A DNA stretch of 63,331 bases, filler included. It is 9 parts of 9 records of this genome, joined end to end, with 100 filler letters (N's around TTAATTAATTAA, not from the genome) between each part and the next. Parts side by side here need not be neighbours in the genome. Positions count along the whole stretch, not along the records: positions 41,150 to 46,387 come from SRR31147125_61254; positions 46,488 to 56,756 come from SRR31147125_61383; 7 more parts are not named here. One strand, given 5' to 3'. The notes beneath the pieces were generated by a model that was not told the origin of the DNA, searched no databases, and was given only the letters and a program-made list of their open reading frames with translations. How positions within the stretch are numbered: the stretch's first letter is position 1; the number at the start of each line of letters is the position of its first letter. The translations under genes were made by a program, and so were the position numbers. Positions 41,380 to 52,924 of this stretch are shown piece by piece.

Positions 41380-42657
41380 TCAGGCATTTTCCAGTTTTGG
41401 CGGTCGCTCTACCAGAATATAAACCTTGTCATTCAATCGAATCCGGTCAGCAAAAGGAATGGTTACCACCTGTCCCCTGACAGCTTCGCTGGCGGGCGCA
41501 TCGTTTACATACAGGCTGGACACAGTGGTTTCTGCAAAACCCGTTGTCGTGCCAGTTACGATAACATGATCATTCAGCCTCATGGTTTCATTTTGAACCA
41601 TGATTTCCGCGATATGGGTTTTACGAAAATAATTTTTTATGTATCCTACAAAGACCTTTTGTTTTTTTGTTTGCGAGCCATAGATGCCGCTCCATTCTCC
41701 CAATTTATGACCCAGATAATAACCACCATGCCAAAAACCTCTGTTAAAAACACCCTCCAGATCACGGGTCCATGCCTCGATCTTTTCCATCGTATAACTG
41801 CCCTGATTATAGCTGTCAATGGCCTGGCGATAGGCTTCTGTGACACGATAAACATAATCTGCCGGTCGTCCGCGTCCTTCAATCTTGCATACACGGACTC
41901 CGGATTCAATCAGTTTGTCCATATAGCCAATTGTGCAAATATCCTTGGGAGACATCACATAAGAGTTGTCAATGTCCAGTTCATCACCGGTTGACTTGTC
42001 AGTAACAGTATAATCGCGTCGACAGTTTTGCAAACAATCCCCCCGGTTAGCGGAATGGTTTGTCAGGGCCAGGCTCATGTAGCATTTACCGGAAATGGAT
42101 ACGCACAAAGCACCATGAACAAAGAGTTCAATTTGAACAAGTTGACCTCCCGGCCCGCAAATATGTTGCTTTTTTATTTCATCACAAATAAAGGTGATTT
42201 GTTCCAGGGTTAATTCTCTTGCCAGAACGATCACATCCGCGTAGCGGGCAAAGAATTTTACCGATTGTAGATTGGAGACATTTGCCTGGGTGGAAATGTG
42301 CACCTCAAGTCCGATTTCATTTGCAAAAGATATGGCAGCCATGTCTGTGGCAATAACGGCCGATATACCTGCTTTTTTTGCTGCCAGACAAATCTCCTGC
42401 ATGTCACTCATTTCGTGATCATAAAGAATTGTATTTAGGGCCAGATAGCTGCGCACATTATCGGCTGCACATATGTCGGCGATTTTAGCCAGGTCATCAA
42501 GTTGAAACGTTTTAGCGGCGCGGGCACGCATATTCAGCTTGCCAACGCCAAAATATACAGAACCGGCTCCTGCTTTGATTGCGGCCATAAGGGCTTCATA
42601 TGAGCCCGCTGGTGCCATTAAATCTATATTAACAGGATTTTGCAAGATGAGCCTCAC
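41380..42657 (-). CDS. Peptidase U32 family Fe-S protein (TrhP/YegQ-like)
   Basis: LMAPAGS, HISTQAN, LAREL, HGALC..SGKC..NRGDCLQNCR, and KIEGR motifs. Confidence 0.9.
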   Translation of the reverse strand: MRLILQNPVNIDLMAPAGSYEALMAAIKAGAGSVYFGVGKLNMRARAAKTFQLDDLAKIADICAADNVRSYLALNTILYDHEMSDMQEICLAAKKAGISAVIATDMAAISFANEIGLEVHISTQANVSNLQSVKFFARYADVIVLARELTLEQITFICDEIKKQHICGPGGQLVQIELFVHGALCVSISGKCYMSLALTNHSANRGDCLQNCRRDYTVTDKSTGDELDIDNSYVMSPKDICTIGYMDKLIESGVRVCKIEGRGRPADYVYRVTEAYRQAIDSYNQGSYTMEKIEAWTRDLEGVFNRGFWHGGYYLGHKLGEWSGIYGSQTKKQKVFVGYIKNYFRKTHIAEIMVQNETMRLNDHVIVTGTTTGFAETTVSSLYVNDAPASEAVRGQVVTIPFADRIRLNDKVYILVERPPKLENA

Positions 42658-44179
42658 TGTTTACATTTTTTCTTATGAGAAAGAACGGAGAGTGATTCAC
42701 TTTAAAAATTGGCGGTGTCTTTCTAATGATATTAGCCACAGCCGGATGTCGTTTGAATTCTCTGCTGAAAAACCGGCGGATCTTCATCCTGTCCCACCCT
42801 TTGGGATGGAAGAAATCTGTATAGAGAGATAAATCGCCATCGTAAAAGTCCCGTGTTTGCAACTGCTTTGCATCATCACTATAGATGGGTAAGTTAAAGA
42901 TGGAAGGATTTATATAATTGATTTTATCCGCCTGTTGGACAACATATTCCATTGTTCTGCGTGCTTCTACGATGGTTTCATAGGGGGTGCCAAACAGTAA
43001 ATAAATAAAAGTTCCAATACCGGCGCTTTTGAGATTATTTAGAATGCGGGTGACACTTTCCAGTGTAATGCCTTTATGCATTTGATCCAGTACGTTTTGA
43101 TCACCGGATTCTAATCCTAATTGCAGCATAACACAACCGGACCGACGAAGGGCCAGACAAAAGTCAGGATCTTCAAGATGTTTTTCAAACCGAACATAGC
43201 CATACCACGGTACAGGAAGCGGCTGTTCACATAAACACCTCAGCAGTGCCGGGCTGATGGCATTGTCCAAAAGATGAATTAATGTGGGATCTGTTTGTCT
43301 GATCATAATGTCCAAATCCTGCCGAACCTGCTTTACTGCAATAGGTTCATAAGGATTTTTCTGCTCTTTCAGGGCAAAATGTGCAATTCTGCCAGTAACA
43401 TCCATTTGATGCGCTATAAGGGAGTACAAAACCGGGAGATAAATAATCTTTTTTTGGTAATGTGGTATAATCCGGCCTGTAATGTTCTTTTTTGATAGCC
43501 ACTTTGTCAAATAACGACAGCAGATACTGCTCTCCGGCACCACTGACGCACTCGTCCACCAGGCCAACAAAAGGATTGTTCCATTGTGGATGACTCATCC
43601 AGGATGTGATCAGACCGCCACCGAGGATGATTTTTAAATCAGGGCACTCCTTACGCAAAAATCCGACAAGCGCGAATGTGCATAAAGCTTGTCCCAAATA
43701 GACAAGGGATATGCCAATGGCTTTGGGCTTTTTTTGTTCAATTAATGGTAATATTCGTGATTTAAAATAGGGATAGAATGGATTTAGTTCCGGTTTTTCC
43801 GCTGCTTTGATAAGATCTGCGCTATTGACCGGCATCAGTTCCTGATGTTGAAAGTTAGCCAGAGTCAGTTTCGTATTATAGGTTTTACTGTTGATATCCA
43901 ATACACGGTTCAGGTCTCTGACAATCCGTTTGTAATTATCGATATTTTCATATGTTTTATTTGAACGCACAGATCTCAGGTTTTTTTGCAGATTTGTTTG
44001 TGCAATTTGACTCCAGTTGTCCTGAGAAGCTGGCGCATGGTTTAATAAATAGAGGAGTCCTTCCAGGTTTGCATCAACCAACGTACAGTCAATACCATGC
44101 GCTGACAGAGCATAAAAAAGTTTGGCAATTCCGGAAGGGGTTGTCCAGGTTTCGCAATCGGTGGATATATGAGGATCAT
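42629..44179 (-). CDS. B12-binding-like / radical SAM protein (two apparent frameshifts, near 44140 and 43358)
   Basis: MILIYPPIAKP start, then VDANLEG, LGGG, CYWQNCTFC, GLESG and YLLFGTP across three frames; shifts lie in C and A runs. Confidence 0.85.
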
Positions 44180-44288
44180 AATGTACTTTTTAAACTCCAG
44201 GTGACTGGAAAAGGTAGTGCTATTGTTCCAGGTACTCTTTTATTGTTAATGTGTGCTGGTTCATAAAATAGTTATTTTCAAACTGTTG

Positions 44289-44471
44289 TTAATCTTTATT
44301 TTTTTTATAAAATTGCATTAAAGATTCGGATTCGAATGGATTCAAATCATATATGGAGATAGCCTCCTCGATCAGTTTCCATATTTTCTGTTCCGGATTC
44401 TCCTGCAATCTGGCGGATATCCATTTTACTGCTTTTCTTGTATTTTCTCCCTGTGGTGTCACAGTTGACAT
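44289..44471 (-). CDS. Small hypothetical protein
   Basis: ATG at 44471 after GGAGA; PQGENTRKAVKWIS..LIEEA..YDLNP helical protein. Confidence 0.7.
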   Translation of the reverse strand: MSTVTPQGENTRKAVKWISARLQENPEQKIWKLIEEAISIYDLNPFESESLMQFYKKNKD

Positions 44472-44820
44472 GTTTATTTCTCCAACTATAGTACCAACGT
44501 TCATGCACATGTTCTTTCTTTGTGCTAATTTACATCACATAATATAATAAAATATTTTCTATTTTGCTGCTTAATTTTTTATGATTTATCATTGGAGCAC
44601 AAAATAAGGCTGGTTACACCGTAGGTTTTTTTACGAGAAAAGGCAGGAAAAGCCAGGATATTACTTTTTAAAAATATTCGACTGCCTGTACTTTGCTTAC
44701 AGATTGAGAAAGTGTAATATACCTGGCCATGTGGCGCATAAAGATGGATCTTTAATAGTGGCGATTTTTTTTGAAAATGGATGTAGTATCGCCACTTATT
44801 AACCACTAAAGTAACGGATT

Positions 44821-45806
44821 TTATTTTACGCTATATCCGGGCTTGAATTGGTTCTTTTTAAGCCCCAGTTTCTTCATTTTATACCTGAGATTTGTTTCAG
44901 AAATACAGAGCACTCGTGCGGCATCACTTTGGTTACCGGCAAACCTTCTGAGGGCTTTACTGATTAATTCCTCTTCCAGATGAGCAATGGCCATATTCAG
45001 ATTCTGTAACTCAATTTTACTGAAATGCGGTTTTTTGTCCACAAATGGTAATGTCTCCACATCCAATTCCACACCTGGTTCAGAGAGCGTAACCATATTT
45101 CTTACAGTATTTTCCATTTCTTTAATATTACCCGGCCAGTTATGGATCATCAGTTGATTGTAAACTTCGAAATTAACGGATGGTAAAGGCTGATTCTGTT
45201 CATCACAGATTTTTTCAAAATTTGATCGAATATAATGGGTATATCCTGCTTTCGTTCCCGCAATGAAGGTATTTTTAAAGTTAATGATGAGAGTATCAGG
45301 AATAATTCTTTATTAAATACCGTTCCCTCTTTTTCATCGAGGATTACAGGTGTGGTGGTCGCAATGATCCTAAAATCCGTTTGGACAGGTTGTGTGTTTC
45401 CCGGAATTGTTATATAACTTTTTTTCGCTATAGGCAATAATTTGTTTTGAGCGTCCTGGTCTAGTTGCTCAAGGCTATCAATTAAAAGTGTTCCTTTTAC
45501 CAGATTCGTGTCTTTAGGTATATCCAGTTTTGCGATTTTATTTAAAAGTTCTTCTTCGAACGCATTGTTCAGCCTGGTTGCTTCTGTGGTTATCAGAGGA
45601 TCGTTTGCCCGCTGACTGTTTTGGTGTAAAAGTTCTCCGACCAGTTGTCTCTCTGTGCCTGTTTCACCATATATCATAACATGGTCATCACTGGCGGATA
45701 CAGCATTGATAAATTTTCGTAATTGCGTTATTTCTGGTGAATTTCCAGGTAATACATCTTGTCCCAAACTTGAATCCGGTGTTTTCATTATTTTGTCTCC
45801 ATACAA
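44821..45806 (-). CDS. Degenerate sigma54-interaction (NtrC-like) domain protein with Fis HTH (frameshift near 45210)
   Basis: GETGTE, FRIIATT, PSLRERKQDIP, then WPGNIKE and GNQSDAARVLCISETNLRYKMKKLG; no GAFTGA. Confidence 0.8.
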
Positions 45807-46387
45807 TTCTATTCTAAAGTTATTTGAATTTTTATAGTCTGTAACTATTTAAAATCCATCCTTTTCCCATCAACCACTTCAACTATATTGTAACAAATAA
45901 TTTTAAAAAATAATCCAACTTCTTAATATTGATTATTTTAGTGGAATATACACAGATTTAAAAAAAAGTGAAATTAAAAAGTCTTTCTGTTTTAAAATTA
46001 TGCTTAAAAATGCGTCAATGGTTTTAATTTTATGAAATATAAGCGTTTATTACGTTGTAGGTGTTTTTAATAAATAGAAAGAGTGTTTAAATTAAGATTA
46101 TATATTTCGATCATAATACATCTATTTTCAATTTTTATAACGAAAATTAACCGTAGAAAAGTCCTGAAAAAGTATTTTGCCTGAAATCATAGTTAAACAT
46201 TTCTTTTTTGTTATATCATAATTTGAAAAGTTTATAACAAAAAGGAATTATTAAAGTCTTGTAATCCACAGGTGCAACAACAGGATCGTTAATAATGACG
46301 ATAAAATATAAAAATAATATTTATCTTGCAAAGAATAAAATATTTTATTAACTTTATTTGTTGATCTGATTATTCTCACTTTGAAAA

Positions 46388-46487
46388 NNNNNNNNNNNNN
46401 NNNNNNNNNNNNNNNNNNNNNNNNNNNNNNNTTAATTAATTAANNNNNNNNNNNNNNNNNNNNNNNNNNNNNNNNNNNNNNNNNNNN
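46388..46487. other. Artificial contig linker
   Basis: N-TTAATTAATTAA-N. Confidence 0.99.
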
Positions 46488-46685
46488 ACGTTCCAAACGG
46501 TAAACACGATTCAGGTTCTTCGGTTCGCCCGTTTCTGTTGTATCGCCTTGAACAGCAATATTTAATGTCTCAAATCCTTGTGGAACATCCAACGTATCTG
46601 CCTCCTGAGAATATGAATTGCCAGTGACCAGGAATAAAACAGATATTGTAACAACCATCATCATGAGTGCTGAATAGTGTTTCAT
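46488..46685 (-). CDS. Secreted protein, N-terminus only (3' truncated)
   Basis: AGGAG RBS, signal peptide ending YSQ, follows the TonB receptor. Confidence 0.75.
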
Positions 46686-46835
46686 TGCTTTTCTCCTTAG
46701 ATTAAAAATTTAAATATTACTCACTTTAATAAAAATTGACAGTTCTACCTCCTTTCATCAAGTCAACATTGTAAATGAATTAAAATTTATGCCTCCTGTC
46801 CCTGCATTGACGGATCTCGGTTTTATTTAACAAAC

Positions 46836-49739
46836 CTAAAATACGTAAGCAATTCCAAGATCCGTTGTCCAGCCATAGTACTCCTGATTTGTGAGAAAAC
46901 GTGCTACCTGCTGGTATGATTCATCCGCTTCATTTGTGATATTATTCCAGTTAAAAAAGATACCGAGATGCTGTGTTAAACGATATTTTACGGAAAAATC
47001 CCAACGTAACAAGTCAGAAGTGTATCTATCCTGCTCAGGTCTTTCGCCAATACCGCTGAGCGTTTTCCCCTGGTAAAGCATAGACAATCGAGCTGACAAT
47101 GGGCCTTTGTCATAGCCAAGAGAAATATTGGCAATATCATCAGGCTGGTCAGGCATATCGCCCACTCGAAAACTGTCAATAACGGTCGTTTTTACAAACG
47201 GAAAAACATTCAACTTTTCCTGTTCCACAAATGACCGTGGATATTGTGTCTCAGACCATATATGGGTGTAATTGGCATTCAGCACCAATCCATCAAATGG
47301 ACCGGGAAGCCAGTGAAACCTGGTCTGCCATTCGACTTCCCACCCTTTTATCTTGGTCAAATACAGATTATTTTCCGGTTGAGCAAGGGTCAAACCTTGT
47401 AAATCAGAAGTATATCCTTCCTCTTCGGCATTTAATATTTTATGCCCTGATCGTTGGAAAATCAAATCCGATATTTCTTTGTAAAACCCCCCAAAGGTTA
47501 ACAAGCCGATCTCGTTGCCGTAAAAAGACAAAAACAGATCATAATTATCAGATATTTGAGGCTTTAAATCCGGCCGACCAAATTCAACTCTTTGTGCCGA
47601 TCCATTAATCGCTTTCAAAGGCAGCATAAAATCCAGTCGTGGTCTGGAGAGTGTTTTGGTATAGGCAAGCCGCACATCAAACCAATTGGTTGGTTTAACG
47701 CGAGCATGAATCATGGGGAACCATCGGGCGTAGGTGTTTGTCGCTGTCGTGTCAGTTACAAGCGGATCATCCACACTGGGTTCTGCTTCTGAACTTGAAA
47801 TCCAGCCTTTTCGTCCGGTCATATCAGCGGTTGTATTTTCATAACGCACGCCAGGTAAAAGCATAAAAAACCGTCCGATATTTATTTCTGACATAACGTA
47901 TCCAGCAGCGACTTTTTCTTCCGTTTCGAAATCATTCAAATCCTCAAGTGTTGAAAACACGAGTACAGAATCCCTGAGATAAGCAGTCATGAGATGATTT
48001 AATTCATCAGCATCAAGACCATAGCCAAAATCATACTGACCATTCAGAAAATTTTCACCATTAAAATTTTCATCAATATAGTTTGTAACTGCGGGATAAC
48101 CTATAGTTGTCTTTTCAAACTCAAATCCAGGTGTTCCATTTTGGGTATGGTAACGTGCAAATCCCGGTTGGGTACCATGAAGAAAACGTCTGTAATGATT
48201 TTTATCCCGTTCCTTGATTTTAGTTGTGTATTTTCCTCCCATTTTTATAAAACCAGCTATTTCCCGTGACAAGGTAAAAGGGAGTTCAAAATTCATCTGA
48301 GCTGAATAATCTCTCTCAAAAGATTTATCTGTGCTAAAAGTTCCTGTTTGCGAACTCATATTGTCATATTTATTCTTGGCTGCGTCAAGTAGCACGTTTA
48401 TACTAAAATTTTCAGCAGGAATCAAACTCTGGTCAAAGGCACTGGTTTCGCGAAAACGAACAAAGCTATTGAAGGGATAACGAGCCAGGGATACGGATCT
48501 GGACAAACTCCAGTCCAAATTTCCAAGCTTGAAATTATGTTCTCCGGAAAATGAATTTGACAACACATCTATTTGACTTTTTGAGTTACGGAATTCAAGA
48601 TTACGCCAATTGCTGTCTTCACTGTAATTGTTTTGATTGCGAATTTCATCTCGGTCCAGCCTGCTCATAAAATTACTAAAATTTATTTTCCCGTTTGGCA
48701 GACGGTAATCCATCAAAACACTAAAGCCGGACCTGTCACGTATTTCATCCACATACCTGAGGTTGACGCTTGATACCGAAATTGGCGCGTAAAGCTCGTC
48801 CTCTCTTTTTTCACGAGTGACAATATAGCCGGCAGAAATCTGATCTGAACCTCTCTGGTTTTGTTCCTTACTACCTGTGATCATAATACCGAATTTATCA
48901 TTCCAGAACCGATTACTCAGCATAAGGCTTCCTTTGAATTGCCCAAATTCACTACGTTGATCATTGTAACCTTCCTGAAAACGAAAATTGCTATGGAAAC
49001 CACCATCAGGAGCATCTGCCAGTTTGAAATTAACAGTTCCACCAAACGCATCTGCATCCTGATCCGGTGTCAGGGCTTTTGTCACTTCAATACTTTCAAG
49101 CATTTCCGGTGCAATCATATTCAAGTCCACACTACGATCATTCAGATCGGTTGCCGGTACTTTTTCACCATTAATAGTGATGCTGTTATAAGTTGGAGAT
49201 AGACCACGAATCACAACCCGATTCCCTTCACCTCCACTTCGTTGTAGTGAAATACCGGGTAATCGTCCAACAGATTCAGCAGCGTTAACATCCGGTAATT
49301 CCATAATCCGTTCTGCAGAAACCACGTTTTTAATGGTATTTGACCGTAATTGCTGGTTAATTGCAGCAACCTGTCCTTCAGCCTGGGCAGTGATGGTGAC
49401 GGTTTCTCCCTCAACAACATCAAAACTTAGTTTCAAATGTACTGTTTTCGTTTCGCCAAGGCTAATCCGGATCGATTGCACCAGTTCCTTATAACCGATA
49501 AAAGTCACTTTAATGTTATAGGACCCGGGTGGGACTCGCAATATCTGATAATTGCCCTTTATATCTGACGCCGCGCCAATGGCCGTACCTTCAAGATAAA
49601 CATTGGCACCGGGTAAAGGCTCACCGGTGGCAGCATCTTTAACAGTTCCGATAATTTTCCCGGATTGGGCAAAGACCAGATTTGACATGCTTAATACAAT
49701 TAAAATAAAAACGACCAGATTAAAAGGTTTCCTAATCAT
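46836..49739 (-). CDS. TonB-dependent receptor with N-terminal carboxypeptidase-regulatory-like domain
   Basis: GEPLPGANV, PDVNAAESVGRLPG, IEVTKALTPDQDADAFGG, C-terminal Phe; ATG at 49739 after GGAGGG. Confidence 0.95.
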   Translation of the reverse strand: MIRKPFNLVVFILIVLSMSNLVFAQSGKIIGTVKDAATGEPLPGANVYLEGTAIGAASDIKGNYQILRVPPGSYNIKVTFIGYKELVQSIRISLGETKTVHLKLSFDVVEGETVTITAQAEGQVAAINQQLRSNTIKNVVSAERIMELPDVNAAESVGRLPGISLQRSGGEGNRVVIRGLSPTYNSITINGEKVPATDLNDRSVDLNMIAPEMLESIEVTKALTPDQDADAFGGTVNFKLADAPDGGFHSNFRFQEGYNDQRSEFGQFKGSLMLSNRFWNDKFGIMITGSKEQNQRGSDQISAGYIVTREKREDELYAPISVSSVNLRYVDEIRDRSGFSVLMDYRLPNGKINFSNFMSRLDRDEIRNQNNYSEDSNWRNLEFRNSKSQIDVLSNSFSGEHNFKLGNLDWSLSRSVSLARYPFNSFVRFRETSAFDQSLIPAENFSINVLLDAAKNKYDNMSSQTGTFSTDKSFERDYSAQMNFELPFTLSREIAGFIKMGGKYTTKIKERDKNHYRRFLHGTQPGFARYHTQNGTPGFEFEKTTIGYPAVTNYIDENFNGENFLNGQYDFGYGLDADELNHLMTAYLRDSVLVFSTLEDLNDFETEEKVAAGYVMSEINIGRFFMLLPGVRYENTTADMTGRKGWISSSEAEPSVDDPLVTDTTATNTYARWFPMIHARVKPTNWFDVRLAYTKTLSRPRLDFMLPLKAINGSAQRVEFGRPDLKPQISDNYDLFLSFYGNEIGLLTFGGFYKEISDLIFQRSGHKILNAEEEGYTSDLQGLTLAQPENNLYLTKIKGWEVEWQTRFHWLPGPFDGLVLNANYTHIWSETQYPRSFVEQEKLNVFPFVKTTVIDSFRVGDMPDQPDDIANISLGYDKGPLSARLSMLYQGKTLSGIGERPEQDRYTSDLLRWDFSVKYRLTQHLGIFFNWNNITNEADESYQQVARFLTNQEYYGWTTDLGIAYVF

Positions 49740-49939
49740 TATCACTCCCTCCATAAAATGGTACTTTGTTGACGGGTATGAGATACCAATTATTAATAAC
49801 GCATTGCATAATTTGATATAATAACTTGTTTAAAGTTATATGCATCTTGACAAAGGTCCGTATCGCCAATGTCATTTTTTTTATTGCCTATAAAAGTGAT
49901 ATTACTTTATTTTTCACAATACCAACCTATCTCTTTGAT

Positions 49940-51049
49940 TTACTTAGCTTTGTTATATTCACAAGGATATGAGATTTTCAGATCATCACCTGCGATATCC
50001 TCCCAGGCATAATAATGAAACGTTTTTCCGTTTGACATGGCAACAAATAATCCTGCCGGAAAGTGCGGTGATAATGAAAAGCTTGTCACATCACTCCCAT
50101 CACTCTCAACAGCAGCCACTTTAATAATTTTTAAAAGACGATGATCGTGCGGATTGTTGGGCGATCCTTCCCGTGAAAAAATCCAGAATTGATTAGCCTG
50201 TTGATCGGATACAAGAATATACCCTTTGCCATCCTCAAGATGACAGATAGAAATGCCTTCGTGATCTCCCATAAATCCGTGTGTAGCAAATAACGCCAAT
50301 TCCTTGTCCGGTTCAGCGACATCCGGATCAGCATTGTATTTACGAACGCCTACGGTTTCATCAGAATAATAAATATATCCTGACTCGGAATCTACAGCTA
50401 TGGCTTCTATTTCCTTCCTGCCGCTGAACTTTCCGAATTGCCTTACAAATTTAATGCTTACATTATTGTTTCCATCATCCTCAAGCATGTATTGGCCGAT
50501 ATATCCTTGTCGCGGGCCGGATTTCCCACTGACCATTATAAAAAAAGTATTGTCCCGTTTCCGCTTATAGATCGCAAGCCCCATTGGAGCCCTTTCTGTA
50601 TCCCCGTCAAAAACGATCAAATCACCCCTGTCAATCAGCTCCATATCAGGTAAACGGAAAACACGTATGCGTTGCCGAAGTCGTTCAGTAACAACAGCGA
50701 TATCAATGAGTTGTCCATTAAACGAAAATCCGTAAGCGATATCAACATTATTGGGCCTTTCAAGCCCGTTAATAACCTTCACTATTTTCCCGTTTAAATC
50801 AAAAGCATACAACGATCCATCCGCATTTTTATCTGTACCTATTATTAGACTTTTACTACGATCAGTCGGATGTATCCATATAGCAGGATCATCTGTATCA
50901 TATTTTGTAGTATCTGTAATGACGCAAGGCTTTACAACCTGAAAGGGGATCCCTTTAGGTAATGTTGAGGACTGCGCGGAGCTATTATACGTAAAAATCA
51001 TCCGGATTGTTATTAATAATATAAACGCAGTCAAAGTCTGTTTTTTCAT
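49940..51049 (-). CDS. Beta-propeller phytase (3-phytase)
   Basis: DTDDPAIWIHP, GTDK, PNNVD, EIEAIAVD, HEGI, VSDQ, and ESDG motifs; signal peptide. Confidence 0.9.
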   Translation of the reverse strand: MKKQTLTAFILLITIRMIFTYNSSAQSSTLPKGIPFQVVKPCVITDTTKYDTDDPAIWIHPTDRSKSLIIGTDKNADGSLYAFDLNGKIVKVINGLERPNNVDIAYGFSFNGQLIDIAVVTERLRQRIRVFRLPDMELIDRGDLIVFDGDTERAPMGLAIYKRKRDNTFFIMVSGKSGPRQGYIGQYMLEDDGNNNVSIKFVRQFGKFSGRKEIEAIAVDSESGYIYYSDETVGVRKYNADPDVAEPDKELALFATHGFMGDHEGISICHLEDGKGYILVSDQQANQFWIFSREGSPNNPHDHRLLKIIKVAAVESDGSDVTSFSLSPHFPAGLFVAMSNGKTFHYYAWEDIAGDDLKISYPCEYNKAK

Positions 51050-51070
51050 TGAATTCTTTTATTGTTGTGG

Positions 51071-52873
51071 TTAATTTAAAAAATGTGTTTTGATAACGTC
51101 ATCCATATACGGCTTGATTTCAATGCCACCATTTTTATTCATTCTAGTGAAATTGGCGGTTTCGTACAAAACAAAACCTTCCAGGCCTGAATCGTTTTTA
51201 ACAATATCAATTTCCTTGTGCAGGCGCAGTTTGCGTCCATCATCTGACAAAGTATGAAAATCACTCTGATAATAGAATGGCTTGTGAGCTGCCCGGGTCA
51301 CAGCACTGAACGTATCAAGGACTTGCTGTAAATTCCAGGGCCGCAACTTGAATGCGCCACGGAATTCAAGATCATCAGCTATCTCACGCACCCAGGTGTC
51401 CCACTGCCATTCAAAATTCGGAGGAAGTGCAGGATTCAAATAACCCCGGTTGTCCGCCATGAGCATGGTCGCGTGTAGATGAAGCGTTAGTCCTTTACCT
51501 CGTTTTTTTATGAGTTCCTTTGCCTCGCGAAGGAATTGTGTAAAGGCATTTCCATTGATGTTACTGATAGTTGGATAATCTGTTTTCCCACCTGATTTTT
51601 CAAGGACAGGTTCGTTAAACCCATAATCCCAGTATTCCGGGGAACGCGTGTGGTTAGCCATCCTGAAATTGATGCCATCAACACCCCGATCCAGGCAAAA
51701 GCGAGTGATATCTAACCAGTGTTTACGTACCTCCGGATAAATGGGATGAAGATTGCCGAGCATATACTCCGGCTTTCCGCAGGCCGCAACAATAAAACCA
51801 TCTTTGTCCAGAGTTTTCCGGTCAGTCACTTTATAATTGTCAAACTCGTAGAAATTATCGTAATGCATTTGCATCTTTTTCGGGTCATGTACTTCTTTCT
51901 GTACCTCAGGCAATTGCAAGTATCTAATCAATTGTTTGTTTATTTTTGATTGATAAAGGCTCTTATGGGTTTCGAATGCAATAGCTCGTTTACCCAGGAT
52001 ATGTGGTATGGTTTTACCATCCCGTCCCACGAGTTCGATTATTTTCCCATTTTCATTACTGAAATCGCCCTTTTCATCGCTCAGAGAACAGCGTATAAGA
52101 ATATAGTTATGGTCTTTGGGGATTTTCAGATTTTCGAGGTGAAGAATACGGCATTGTTTCCATTTGGGAAAGCACGGGCGCCATTCGACGGTTTCCCGAC
52201 AGGAAACAGGCCCAGTGTACGGCTTGAATCCATTATTGGAAGAGCTTGTCCAGATGGACACATGTTCCGCTTTAACGCGAGTAGGTTTATCATTATCTTT
52301 AATGAGCCTGACAGTTGTAATGGGTGCGTTGAATTCACAGTTTCCGGGTCTTCTTTTTAAACACATTTCCGGATGCCGGGCAGCAAAACGTCGGGCTAAA
52401 GGGTAAATTCCACGCATATCTCTAAAGGCTGGTGCACCTTTGGGAAATGGTAAAGAAGGTGGTAAAACAGATCCAAAACCGCCATCCTCAAAGGGTTTGA
52501 TTAATGCATAAAGTTCGATTCCATGTGCGTGTGCAGATTTTACAGCCTCAGCCAACAAGTCGAATCCATGCGGATAATCTTCGTACAATGTCCACATCGT
52601 ATCGACGATCCACTGATGCCGGGTCACACCTAACGAGGCAAGACACTGGTGCAAGCTATCCAGTTGTGCTCGATCCAGGTAACATTTATAACGACCAATA
52701 TTATCAGTATAATCGGTTGTTGCAAAAAGTTTCTTCGCCATGGGAGATTGTGATTTCGCATGTGCAGATTTGATAAACGGACCGGTTAAACTACCTAATG
52801 CCGCAGCACCCAATCCGCTTGCTGTTTGGTTCAAAAAAGACCGTCGACTGATGGGGCAAAATGTTCTCTTCAT
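51071..52873 (-). CDS. Tat-exported protein, possible glycoside-hydrolase-like TIM barrel (paralogue B)
   Basis: SRRSFL twin-arginine signal ending AHA; AHAHGIELYA and HPIYPEVR..GVDGINF resemble GHL10/DUF187. Confidence 0.7.
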   Translation of the reverse strand: MKRTFCPISRRSFLNQTASGLGAAALGSLTGPFIKSAHAKSQSPMAKKLFATTDYTDNIGRYKCYLDRAQLDSLHQCLASLGVTRHQWIVDTMWTLYEDYPHGFDLLAEAVKSAHAHGIELYALIKPFEDGGFGSVLPPSLPFPKGAPAFRDMRGIYPLARRFAARHPEMCLKRRPGNCEFNAPITTVRLIKDNDKPTRVKAEHVSIWTSSSNNGFKPYTGPVSCRETVEWRPCFPKWKQCRILHLENLKIPKDHNYILIRCSLSDEKGDFSNENGKIIELVGRDGKTIPHILGKRAIAFETHKSLYQSKINKQLIRYLQLPEVQKEVHDPKKMQMHYDNFYEFDNYKVTDRKTLDKDGFIVAACGKPEYMLGNLHPIYPEVRKHWLDITRFCLDRGVDGINFRMANHTRSPEYWDYGFNEPVLEKSGGKTDYPTISNINGNAFTQFLREAKELIKKRGKGLTLHLHATMLMADNRGYLNPALPPNFEWQWDTWVREIADDLEFRGAFKLRPWNLQQVLDTFSAVTRAAHKPFYYQSDFHTLSDDGRKLRLHKEIDIVKNDSGLEGFVLYETANFTRMNKNGGIEIKPYMDDVIKTHFLN

Positions 52874-52924
52874 ACGTTTCCTTTATATTCTGAACTGCCA
52901 ATGGCTTCCTTGAGCAACTTTTAA

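Noticed and set aside
45807-46387. ncRNA or repeat in the long AT-rich stretch
   Set aside because: No stable stems, repeats or ORF recognised; probably promoter DNA cut by the contig end.
21549-51049. Functional link between the sphingolipid locus and the phytase locus
   Set aside because: They lie on different contigs separated by linkers; a shared genome cannot be shown.
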